Assembly (NCBI GenBank): GCA_937892865.1
Contig: CALBJG010000148.1
Span: 1 to 47,256 of the forward strand
Origin: an uncultured Clostridia bacterium
Lineage (GTDB): Bacteria; Bacillota; Clostridia; Oscillospirales; Oscillospiraceae
Reading direction: 5' to 3'
DNA length: 47,256 nt
The translations under genes and the position numbers were made by a program. Every line of letters begins with the position of its first letter. Position 1 is the stretch's first letter. Shown here piece by piece: positions 10,729 through 18,600 of the stretch. The notes beneath the pieces are model-generated. The model was not told the origin of the DNA, ran no database searches, and saw only the letters and a list, made by a program, of their open reading frames with translations.

Positions 10729-11664
10729 CTATAATTTTTCGCAGACCCTGAGTTTTGCGCTCCGCGCCCGGGGATTGATCGTCAGTTCTTCTTCTGTCGC
10801 AACAATGGGCTTCCGGGAGATAAGTTTTACCAGCGGTTTCTTACCGCACACACAGACCGGGAAATTAGGCGGGCAGGTGCAGCCCTTCGCCGCTTCTGCC
10901 ATTGCATTTTTCACGATCCGGTCTTCCAAGGAATGGAATGTGATCACTGCCAACCGTCCGCCGGGTTTCAGCAGTGGGATCGCAACTTCCATTGCTTTCT
11001 CCACGCTTCCCAGTTCATCGTTAACTGCAATACGGATTGCCTGAAAGGTCCGTTTCGCAGGGTGTTGCTTCTCCCGCAGCGCAACGGGAGGCATTGCGCT
11101 GCGGATAATGTCCACCAACTCCAATGTTGTTTTAATGGGAGTTGATTCTCTTCTCTTGCAAATTGCCGCGGCGATCTGGGGCGCATAGCGCTCCTCGCCG
11201 TATTTGTAAAGGATACGCCGCAGTTCTTCTTGCGGCCAGGTATTGACTACCGTTTCTGCATTTAAAGTATCTTCGCCGTTCATTCGCATATCCAGCGGTG
11301 CATCGGTCATATAGGAAAATCCCCGCTGACCGTCATCCAACTGGGGAGAAGAAACCCCAAGGTCCAGCAGGATTCCGTCCACACCGCTGATACCCAAATC
11401 ATTAAGAGCGGAAGCCATTTCGCAGAAATTGGAATGAACCAGTGTAACTCTGCTTCCGAAAGGTGCTAACCGCTCCCCTGCCGCTTTCAGCGCGATGGGA
11501 TCCCGGTCGATGCCGATCAATCTGCCATTTTCTAACTTTGCCGCAATTTTACTGGAATGACCGGCGCCACCCAGCGTACCATCCACATAGATGCCATCCG
11601 GTTTGATATTCAAACCGTCAATGCATTCTTGCAGAAGAACGGAAATATGGTGAAATTCACTCAT
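10729..11664 (-). CDS. rsmH: 16S rRNA m4C1402 methyltransferase
   Basis: HISVLL, DGTLGGAGHS, DLGVSSPQLD, TFHSLEDRIVK, NPRARSAKLR. Confidence 0.98.
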   Translation of the reverse strand: MSEFHHISVLLQECIDGLNIKPDGIYVDGTLGGAGHSSKIAAKLENGRLIGIDRDPIALKAAGERLAPFGSRVTLVHSNFCEMASALNDLGISGVDGILLDLGVSSPQLDDGQRGFSYMTDAPLDMRMNGEDTLNAETVVNTWPQEELRRILYKYGEERYAPQIAAAICKRRESTPIKTTLELVDIIRSAMPPVALREKQHPAKRTFQAIRIAVNDELGSVEKAMEVAIPLLKPGGRLAVITFHSLEDRIVKNAMAEAAKGCTCPPNFPVCVCGKKPLVKLISRKPIVATEEELTINPRARSAKLRVCEKL

Positions 11665-12089
11665 AGACCGATTGCCTCCAAAGAAGCCAACAATTTTTCA
11701 GGTGTAAGATTCTCGTTTTCAAATTCATTAAATTCATCTGCAGCCCAGATCTCTGCTTGTCCGGCGCGACCAACGATCATCACTTCCCGATCGATTCCTG
11801 CATAAGACAGCAGAAACTGGGACAGAGAAAAGCGGAATTGCTTATCCGGATTGCACTGATTGGCATTCATAAAAATCAAACTGGTAGCGGCGCCTTTCTG
11901 GGAGATCGGCAGTTCGTTATAGTTGTGGGATAGTTTTTCCCAATCCTGGGCGGTATAAACGGCAAGGCAACGGCGGCCGCAGTAAACACCAAGTGTCACA
12001 TAAAAATCATCGCCCAATTCTGCCCGTAACTTTGCCGGCACGAACAAACGGTTCTTATCGTCCAGTTTTGCAGGGTATTTACCGATCAT
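11661..12089 (-). CDS. mraZ: dcw cluster transcriptional repressor MraZ
   Basis: LDDKNRLFVP and PDKQFR (DxxxR) AbrB-like repeats, EIW motif; first gene of the cluster; start ATG 12089 behind GAGGAGG. Confidence 0.9.
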   Translation of the reverse strand: MIGKYPAKLDDKNRLFVPAKLRAELGDDFYVTLGVYCGRRCLAVYTAQDWEKLSHNYNELPISQKGAATSLIFMNANQCNPDKQFRFSLSQFLLSYAGIDREVMIVGRAGQAEIWAADEFNEFENENLTPEKLLASLEAIGL

Positions 12090-12103
12090 TTTGGTCGCCT
12101 CCT

Positions 12104-12140
12104 CTCCATTTTGCTCCACTTTGCTACCATTTTGCTCCAT
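12104..12140 (-). promoter_or_regulatory. MraZ-binding direct repeats (4 copies)
   Basis: ATGGAGCAAA ATGGTAGCAAA GTGGAGCAAA ATGGAG with 10/11/10-bp period, between the -10 box and the mraZ RBS. Confidence 0.8.
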
Positions 12141-12148
12141 TTAATGAC

Positions 12149-12177
12149 AGTATAATGTATATTTTTTCAAAAATCAA
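12149..12177 (-). promoter_or_regulatory. Putative sigma-A promoter of the dcw operon
   Basis: TTGATT (12177-12172), 17 bp, TATACT (12154-12149). Confidence 0.65.
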
Positions 12178-12261
12178 TAGAAAATATCATTTTTTTGCTG
12201 GAAAAATCAAGAATTTTTACTATTTTTCCATATTTTCGAACTTTTGTGCGAATAAACATAC

Positions 12262-12292
12262 AAAAATGCCCGCATATCCCATGCGAGCATTT
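12262..12292 (-). terminator. Intrinsic terminator after the clpC-like gene
   Basis: Minus strand AAATGCTCGCAT-GGGAT-ATGCGGGCATTTTT, 8 bp past the stop codon. Confidence 0.7.
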
Positions 12293-12299
12293 CGTTTTA

Positions 12300-14618
12300 T
12301 CATTGAAATTGGAGGACATCCTCTTGCCAAAGGGCTTTCACTTTTGCGTTCTTTTTTCCGGTGGTCAGCAGATGAGCAGCCAGCGGTCCCTCCACTCTGT
12401 CCTGCACCATTCGGCGCAACTGCCGCGCCCCGTCTTTTTTGCCGGAAGCAGCCCCAAGGCGTTTTGGCAGATCCTCCGGCATATCCAGTTCGATCCCCGC
12501 CTCGGCGCTTCGTTGTTGCAACTGTTTCAAATACTTACAGACGATTCCCTCTATCGCTTGGGTATCCAGCGGATTGAAGTGGACGATCTTATCGATTCTG
12601 CCGAGAAATTCCGGAGTAAAATGCTGCCGCAAAGCGGCATCTGTTTCCGAATCTCTGCCTGCCGGCTGGAATCCCAAACCGTCACTGCGCAGTTTTGCGC
12701 CTACATTGGATGTCATCACCACGATTGCATTTTTAAAACTGACTGTACGCCCGGTGGAGTCTGTCAAAACGCCCTCTTCCATGATCTGCAAAAGAATACC
12801 GGAAACATCCGGATGCGCCTTTTCCAATTCATCCAGCAGCACCAGGCAATAGGGTCTGCGGCGCACTGCTTCTGTCAATTTACCGCCGTCCTCATATCCC
12901 ACATATCCGGGCGGCGCGCCGATTAGTCTTGCTACTGACTGTTTTTCCATATACTCGGTCATATCCAACCGGATCATCGCGTCTTTGTTTCCGTAAAGTT
13001 CCTCTGCCAGCGCGCGGCACAATTCTGTTTTTCCCACACCGGTGGGGCCCGTAAAGAGCATACTGGCTACCGGGCGGCATTGATCCCGTATGCCGGATAG
13101 TCCTCTGCGAATCGTTTCTGCCACTGCTTTTACTGCCGAATCCTGTCCTATCACATAATTGGAAAGCAGTTGTTCCAACCCTAACAGACGCTCCCGTTCA
13201 TCCGCCGTTAATCGTCCCACCGGAATCCCGGTACGGGCAGATACCGCCCATGCCACATCGTTGCCGGTAACTGTTTTTCCGTGGCGGTTCTGATTTGGTT
13301 TTGCCGCAATGCGCTGCATTTTATCCCGCAGTTCCGCTGCCTTTTCAAAACGGCTTTCCCGCACCGCATCGTGCAGTTCTTTCTCCAGTGTCTGCCTTGT
13401 GTTTTTACCACTGCGCAGTTCTTCCATCCTGGCATGGGCTGCGCCCTCATCCAGCAAGTCAATGGCTTTATCCGGTAAATACAGATCCGGCAGATACCGC
13501 ACGGAAAGTTCCACCGCATCACGCATTGCTTCTTCACTGATACGCAGATGGTGGTGCCGTTCCAGCCCCGGTCGAAGCCCCCGGAGAATTTCCATCGTTT
13601 CCTTTTTGTCCGGCTGTTCTACCATCACCGGACGGAAGCGGCGTTCCAGCGCCGGATCTTTTTCGATATGTTTCCGATATTCCGTTAGCGTAGTTGCGCC
13701 CAGCATCTGCAGTTCTCCCCTGCCCAATGCCGGTTTGAATATATTGGCAGCATCGATTGCCCCTTCTGCCGCGCCTGCGCCTACGATCGTGTGCATCTCA
13801 TCTACGAACAAGATCACATCGCCGCTGCGGCGAATTTCAGAAAGCACATCCCGCAACCGCTCTTCAAATTCACCGCGATATTTTGTGCCAGCCACTAAAT
13901 TTGCCATATTCAGACTGACAAGCCGTTTGTCCTTTAACTGTGGCGGCACATTCCCCGCTGCCATCCGCTGGGCGAGCCCTTCTGCAATGGCAGTTTTCCC
14001 AACTCCCGGTTCTCCCACCAGAGCCGGATTGTTTTTATTTTTTCTGCTTAAGATACCTACCACCGTGTCGATCTCTTTCTCCCGTCCGATCACCGGATCC
14101 ATAGTTGATGCTTTTTGAATCAGATCCTCACTGAACTGTTCCAGCAGTTTCGTTGTTACCGCCTCCTTTCCGTTTTTCTCCCGATGCATTTTCTGACTCT
14201 GCAATTCATCCACCGCAATGGAAAACAAAAAATGGGGACTTATCCCATTCAGGATCAACAGTGTCCTGGCGCCGGTCTCCTCCTTGCGCAGCAGCGCGAT
14301 CAGCAGATGGATGCTTTGCAACTCTTTACTGCCAAAACGGTCAGCTTCCTGCGCTGCATCCCGAAGTACACTGCGCATTTTCCCGGAAAAACTTTGGGGC
14401 AGTGGCAAACCGGGCGTTCCTCTGCCATAAAGAACCGCTGCCATCTCCCCGGTGACCACCGGATCGACCCCCTCCCGGCGAAGAAGAATTCCTGCACCGC
14501 AGGGAGATTCTGCCAACGCCAGAAGCAGATGCGCCGTGCCGATGTAACTATGTCCCAACGATTTAGCCTTTTGCGCTGACAAGGCAATGACCGCCTGGGT
14601 TTCGGGGCTGAAATGCAT
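12300..14618 (-). CDS. ClpC-like ATP-dependent Clp protease ATPase subunit
   Basis: Two Clp-N repeats, Walker A motifs GEPGVGKT and GPTGVGKT, pore loops GTKYRG and GYVG, UVR-like segment (RFEKAAELRD), LGF ClpP-docking loop. Start ATG 14618 behind AAGGGGGTG. Confidence 0.92.
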   Translation of the reverse strand: MHFSPETQAVIALSAQKAKSLGHSYIGTAHLLLALAESPCGAGILLRREGVDPVVTGEMAAVLYGRGTPGLPLPQSFSGKMRSVLRDAAQEADRFGSKELQSIHLLIALLRKEETGARTLLILNGISPHFLFSIAVDELQSQKMHREKNGKEAVTTKLLEQFSEDLIQKASTMDPVIGREKEIDTVVGILSRKNKNNPALVGEPGVGKTAIAEGLAQRMAAGNVPPQLKDKRLVSLNMANLVAGTKYRGEFEERLRDVLSEIRRSGDVILFVDEMHTIVGAGAAEGAIDAANIFKPALGRGELQMLGATTLTEYRKHIEKDPALERRFRPVMVEQPDKKETMEILRGLRPGLERHHHLRISEEAMRDAVELSVRYLPDLYLPDKAIDLLDEGAAHARMEELRSGKNTRQTLEKELHDAVRESRFEKAAELRDKMQRIAAKPNQNRHGKTVTGNDVAWAVSARTGIPVGRLTADERERLLGLEQLLSNYVIGQDSAVKAVAETIRRGLSGIRDQCRPVASMLFTGPTGVGKTELCRALAEELYGNKDAMIRLDMTEYMEKQSVARLIGAPPGYVGYEDGGKLTEAVRRRPYCLVLLDELEKAHPDVSGILLQIMEEGVLTDSTGRTVSFKNAIVVMTSNVGAKLRSDGLGFQPAGRDSETDAALRQHFTPEFLGRIDKIVHFNPLDTQAIEGIVCKYLKQLQQRSAEAGIELDMPEDLPKRLGAASGKKDGARQLRRMVQDRVEGPLAAHLLTTGKKNAKVKALWQEDVLQFQ

Positions 14619-14640
14619 CTTTGCCACCCCCTTTTTTAAG

Positions 14641-14670
14641 GATTCTTGCCCCACGGATAAAAATTTATAC
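14641..14670 (-). promoter_or_regulatory. Sigma-F-like (forespore) promoter of the clpC-like gene
   Basis: GTATA-N15-GGCAAGAATC versus B. subtilis sigma-F consensus GYWTA-N15-GGNRANANTW; one mismatch. Confidence 0.55.
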
Positions 14671-14688
14671 CTGAACATAAAAAAAGAA

Positions 14689-14716
14689 TTGCTTTTTTTA
14701 AAATTCGTGTTAGAAT
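14689..14716 (+). promoter_or_regulatory. Putative sigma-A promoter of ferredoxin
   Basis: TTGCTT, 16 bp, TGn-extended TAGAAT. Confidence 0.5.
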
Positions 14717-14769
14717 AAGGGTGCATATATTTTTCAATGCACTATCACATATACATTGGAGGGAAAATT

Positions 14770-14940
14770 ATGGCTTACAATATCACCGACGCTTGCGTCA
14801 AGTGCGGCAGCTGCGCTGATAACTGCCCTGTCGAGGCTATCTCCGAGGGCGAGGACAAGTACGTAATCGACGCTGATGTCTGCGTTAACTGCGGCACCTG
14901 TGTTGACAACTGCCCCGTAGAAGCAATCGAGGAAGGCTAA
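14770..14940 (+). CDS. 2[4Fe-4S] clostridial-type ferredoxin (56 aa)
   Basis: Two CxxCxxCxxxCP motifs; start MAYNI behind GGAGGG. Confidence 0.95.
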   Translation: MAYNITDACVKCGSCADNCPVEAISEGEDKYVIDADVCVNCGTCVDNCPVEAIEEG

Positions 14941-14959
14941 TTCTCCGATTTTGCGATCA

Positions 14960-15000
14960 GCCTGCGCGACCGGGTCTCCCGTTGCGCAGGCAGATTTTTT
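14960..15000 (+). terminator. Intrinsic terminator after ferredoxin
   Basis: GCCTGCGCGAC...GTTGCGCAGGC stem followed by AGATTTTTT. Confidence 0.7.
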
Positions 15001-15016
15001 ATCTGAGGTGAGATCA

Positions 15017-15715
15017 TTGGAACAACTGCATAACGGCTATACGCTGGAATTGTGTGACGGCGCATTCCCCTTGAGTACAGATTCTGTCGCCCTCTCCCAA
15101 TTTATTAAACTACCCCGAAATGCGTCTGTGCTGGACCTGGGTTCCGGGTGCGGAACATTGGGACTTATGCTGTGCAGTTGTTGGAGCGATTGCACCGTAA
15201 CCGGCGTGGAATTGGATATAAATGCCCACCGGATAGCCCTGGAAAATGCCCGGCGCAATCAAATCCCCCATCGTCTTAACAGTATATGCGACGATGTTGC
15301 AAACATCCACAGCATTATAAAACCCGGTTCTTTTTCCTGCTGTATTTCCAATCCGCCTTATTTCACCGGCGGACCGGTAAGTCAAAGTACGCCCCTTGCC
15401 CGCAACGAGATTTCTTTGGATTTAACCACTTTATTCTCCGGCGCTGCCTGGGCGCTGAAATACGGCGGCGACTTTTATCTTGTTCACAAACCGGAACGGC
15501 TTGGCGAACTGTGCCGCATTGCCGGTACGCACCAGTTAGAGGCAAAAAGGCTGTGCCTGCTTCGCCACAGATCTGACGGACCGGTTTCCCTTGTGCTGAT
15601 CCAGTTCCGCAAAGGGGCAAAACCGGGTCTTATATGGGAAGAAGCAAGTCTGTACGATCCGGACGGTACGCCTACCAATTACTACAAAAAACTTTATCAT
15701 TTGCAGGAGGGTTAA
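15017..15715 (+). CDS. tRNA1(Val) A37 N6-methyltransferase-like (TrmN6/YabB family)
   Basis: VLDLGSGCG SAM motif, ISNPPYF; directly upstream of rsmI; TTG start at 15017 behind GAGGTG. Confidence 0.85.
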   Translation: MEQLHNGYTLELCDGAFPLSTDSVALSQFIKLPRNASVLDLGSGCGTLGLMLCSCWSDCTVTGVELDINAHRIALENARRNQIPHRLNSICDDVANIHSIIKPGSFSCCISNPPYFTGGPVSQSTPLARNEISLDLTTLFSGAAWALKYGGDFYLVHKPERLGELCRIAGTHQLEAKRLCLLRHRSDGPVSLVLIQFRKGAKPGLIWEEASLYDPDGTPTNYYKKLYHLQEG

Positions 15716-15717
15716 CA

Positions 15718-16548
15718 ATGCCCGGAATGTTATACTTGGTTCCCACGCCCATCGGCAATTTGGGAGATATATCCGTCCGCTGCCGGGAAACGCTGGAAAA
15801 AGCGGATTTTATCGCCGCAGAAGATACTCGTGTCAGTTTAAAACTGCTGAACTATTTAGGCATTAAAAAAAGCCTTGTCAGTTACTACGAACACAACAAG
15901 GCCCAAAAAGGCAATGTGATATTAGACCGGATCTTGGCCGGCGAGACCTGCGCTTTGGTTTCTGATGCCGGTAGTCCTGCCATCTCCGATCCCGGTGAAG
16001 ACCTGGTAAAGCAGTGCGCGGAGGCAGGCATTACGGTCTGCGCCATCCCCGGTCCCTGCGCGGTGATCACCGCATTGAGCATTTCCGGTCAATCCACCGG
16101 CAGATTTTGCTTTGAAGGTTTCCTTTCCACTGCCAAGAAAAGTCGCAGGGAGCATCTGGAATCTCTGATTCAGGAAACCCGGACGATGGTCTTCTATGAA
16201 GCCCCTCACAAACTGATGAACACATTGGAAAGCATGGCGGAAGTCTTTGGCAACGACCGCCCTATCAGCCTTTGCCGGGAACTGACCAAACTCCACGAAG
16301 AAGTGATCCGCACCACTTTGGGCGGCGCGATCGAACTGTATACCCACCAACCGCCGAAAGGTGAATATGTGCTGGTCGTTGCCGGCGCCGTCCCCAAGGA
16401 GACGGTTGCGGCAACCCCGGAGGATGCTGCAAAGCGTGTTGCAGAACTGGTAGAACAAGGTATGAGCCGAAAAGATGCCATCAAACAAACTGCCGCAGAA
16501 CTGGATCTTCCCAAAAATGTGGTCTATGATGCCGCGCTGAATAACTGA
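15718..16548 (+). CDS. rsmI: 16S rRNA C1402 2'-O-methyltransferase
   Basis: LYLVPTPIGNLGDI, AAEDTR, VSDAGSPAISDPG, FYEAPH, RELTKLHEE. Confidence 0.97.
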   Translation: MPGMLYLVPTPIGNLGDISVRCRETLEKADFIAAEDTRVSLKLLNYLGIKKSLVSYYEHNKAQKGNVILDRILAGETCALVSDAGSPAISDPGEDLVKQCAEAGITVCAIPGPCAVITALSISGQSTGRFCFEGFLSTAKKSRREHLESLIQETRTMVFYEAPHKLMNTLESMAEVFGNDRPISLCRELTKLHEEVIRTTLGGAIELYTHQPPKGEYVLVVAGAVPKETVAATPEDAAKRVAELVEQGMSRKDAIKQTAAELDLPKNVVYDAALNN

Positions 16549-16552
16549 ATAT

Positions 16553-16586
16553 AAAATACCGCAGTCTGTTGACTGCGGTATTTTTT
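16553..16586 (+). terminator. Intrinsic terminator after rsmI
   Basis: AAAATACCGCAGTC-tgtt-GACTGCGGTATTTTTT. Confidence 0.85.
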
Positions 16587-16623
16587 CATTCTTCCGGCAT
16601 AGGGTTTCTATGGGGGGACGGGT

Positions 16624-17205
16624 ATGGTAATGGGTTTGATTTGGACTTGTATCATCGGTATTTCCGTGATTTCATCGCTGATTTTGGGAAATGGCAGCGC
16701 CTTATCCGCCGCTGTGCAACAAGGAGCGCAGGCCGGCGTCACTCTGGCCATTTCCATGGCGGGTTCCATTTGCCTTTGGAGTGGCGTTGGACGGCTGATG
16801 GAGCGAGTCGGTATCACAGATATGCTCACCCGGCTTTTAAAGCCGATTCTGAAATTCTTATATCCTTCAACAAAGAATGACCCGGAACTTTCCGGATACT
16901 TAAGTTCCAATATGTGCGCAAACTTTTTAGGTTTGGGAAATGCCGCCACGCCTATGGGAATCCACGCCGCAAAGCGGCTTTGCATCTACACTGACAACGG
17001 GAATGCTTCAGATGAACTTTGTCGGCTCATTGTACTGAACACCGCCTCCATTCAATTGATCCCCGCTAATGTGGCGGCAGTACGGGTTGCCAATGGCTGC
17101 GCAACCCCCTTTGATATTTTGCCGGCAGTATGGATCACCAGTGTATTATCCGTGACTATGGGGCTGGCTGCTGCTTTCATACTGGGAAAGGTTTGGCGGC
17201 GATGA
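16624..17205 (+). CDS. spmA: Spore maturation protein A
   Basis: ANFLGLGNAATPMG, LNTASIQLIP. Confidence 0.92.
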   Translation: MVMGLIWTCIIGISVISSLILGNGSALSAAVQQGAQAGVTLAISMAGSICLWSGVGRLMERVGITDMLTRLLKPILKFLYPSTKNDPELSGYLSSNMCANFLGLGNAATPMGIHAAKRLCIYTDNGNASDELCRLIVLNTASIQLIPANVAAVRVANGCATPFDILPAVWITSVLSVTMGLAAAFILGKVWRR

Positions 17206-17711
17206 CAGACTATATCGTTCCTTTGCTTCTATTATGTGTTTCTTTGGTTGCCTTACGAAAACGAGAAAACAGTTACGATCTGCTCTTAAGCGGCGCGGCA
17301 GAAGGGTTAAAATTACTCTTTACACTGATCCCAACACTTATCCTGCTTTTAACAGCCGTGACTATGCTCCGGGCAAGCGGCGCTATGGAATTGTTCAGCG
17401 GTTATCTCGCTCCTTTATTTACTTTTTTCGGTATCCCGCCGGAGACGGCGATCTTGGTTTTGATACGCCCCATCAGCGGTAGCGCCGCATTAGCCGTAGG
17501 CGCTGACCTGATGGCGGAGTATGGAGTGGATTCCTCCATTGGACGAACTGTGGCTGTTATGCTTGGTTCTACAGAAACGACCTTTTACACCATCAGCGTG
17601 TATTTTGGCGCTGCCGGGATCAAAAAGACCCGCTATACCATACCTGCCGCGCTGATTGCCGATTTTACAGGGTTTCTTACCGCCTCCTGGGTCTGCAAAT
17701 GGTTATTCTGA
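17202..17711 (+). CDS. spmB: Spore maturation protein B
   Basis: RPISGS, GSTETTFYTISVYFGA; ATGA overlap with spmA. Confidence 0.92.
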   Translation: MTDYIVPLLLLCVSLVALRKRENSYDLLLSGAAEGLKLLFTLIPTLILLLTAVTMLRASGAMELFSGYLAPLFTFFGIPPETAILVLIRPISGSAALAVGADLMAEYGVDSSIGRTVAVMLGSTETTFYTISVYFGAAGIKKTRYTIPAALIADFTGFLTASWVCKWLF

Positions 17712-18485
17712 TCTCCGGTTTTTCCGGTACTGTCCCGGAGACATACCGGTGTTTTCCTTAAACTGGCGAATAAAATGGGTTATGTTCCGGTAGCCAAGGC
17801 TTTCGGCGATATCCTCAATCTTATCACCGCTGTTGACAAGTCTGTTTTTTGCCGAGTTGATCCTGGCGTTGATCAGATCTGCATTGGGAGAAATACCAAA
17901 AAGTTTTTTATAGATGGGATAGACTCTGGAAGGGCTTAAATGGACACGCTGTGCCATTTTTTCAACTGTCCAGTTAACATCCAACAGCGTAAGCATATCT
18001 GCGCGTAAATTGCGGAATGATTCTTTGGTCTCTGAGGATACCTGCACAACATTTCCTTCCCGGATACTGCGCCCAAGCTTTATCAGCAGTTCTTCCATTT
18101 CCAGTGACAAAAGCCGTTCTCTTCCAAAATGCTTACCGTAAAACTCCCGTTCCAGCTCGCCAACCAGTTTTGTGATAAAACTGTGCTCCGCAGGATAGTA
18201 CAGTGTATCCGGCTGCAAGCCGACTGCCTTCAACGCCACTTCCCCATCCCCGCGGAAATGCATCCAATCGTGGATCAAAGGAATATCGCTGGAGAAAAAT
18301 TGCGGCGTTCCCGGTCGATAGATGATCACGGCGTGAGGCTGGGTCTTTATCCAAGCGCCGTTTATGAAAAAATTGACACTGCTATGAAAATGCAAAAAGG
18401 TATAATCTCTGTGTCCCTTTGGGCGGCGAATGGTAAATCCGGCTTTTTCCGGGTATGCGTGACGCAATATGGTCAGTTCCAGCAT
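17703..18485 (-). CDS. AraC-family transcriptional regulator
   Basis: Cupin-like N-domain; C-terminal double HTH (IAESLGYRNITHFIRQFKENTGMSPGQYR); start ATG 18485 behind GAGGTG. Confidence 0.92.
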   Translation of the reverse strand: MLELTILRHAYPEKAGFTIRRPKGHRDYTFLHFHSSVNFFINGAWIKTQPHAVIIYRPGTPQFFSSDIPLIHDWMHFRGDGEVALKAVGLQPDTLYYPAEHSFITKLVGELEREFYGKHFGRERLLSLEMEELLIKLGRSIREGNVVQVSSETKESFRNLRADMLTLLDVNWTVEKMAQRVHLSPSRVYPIYKKLFGISPNADLINARINSAKNRLVNSGDKIEDIAESLGYRNITHFIRQFKENTGMSPGQYRKNRRSE

Positions 18486-18503
18486 AACGATCACCTCATT
18501 GTC

Positions 18504-18532
18504 AGTATACCGCTTACAATAGGATAAGTCAA
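18504..18532 (-). promoter_or_regulatory. Putative sigma-A promoter of the AraC gene
   Basis: TTGACT (18532-18527), 17 bp, TATACT (18509-18504). Confidence 0.6.
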
Positions 18533-18600
18533 CTTTTTCGCTATGATATTGCATAGAAATCCTCCCTGCAGATGATACAATATCATCAGGAGGCGATATT

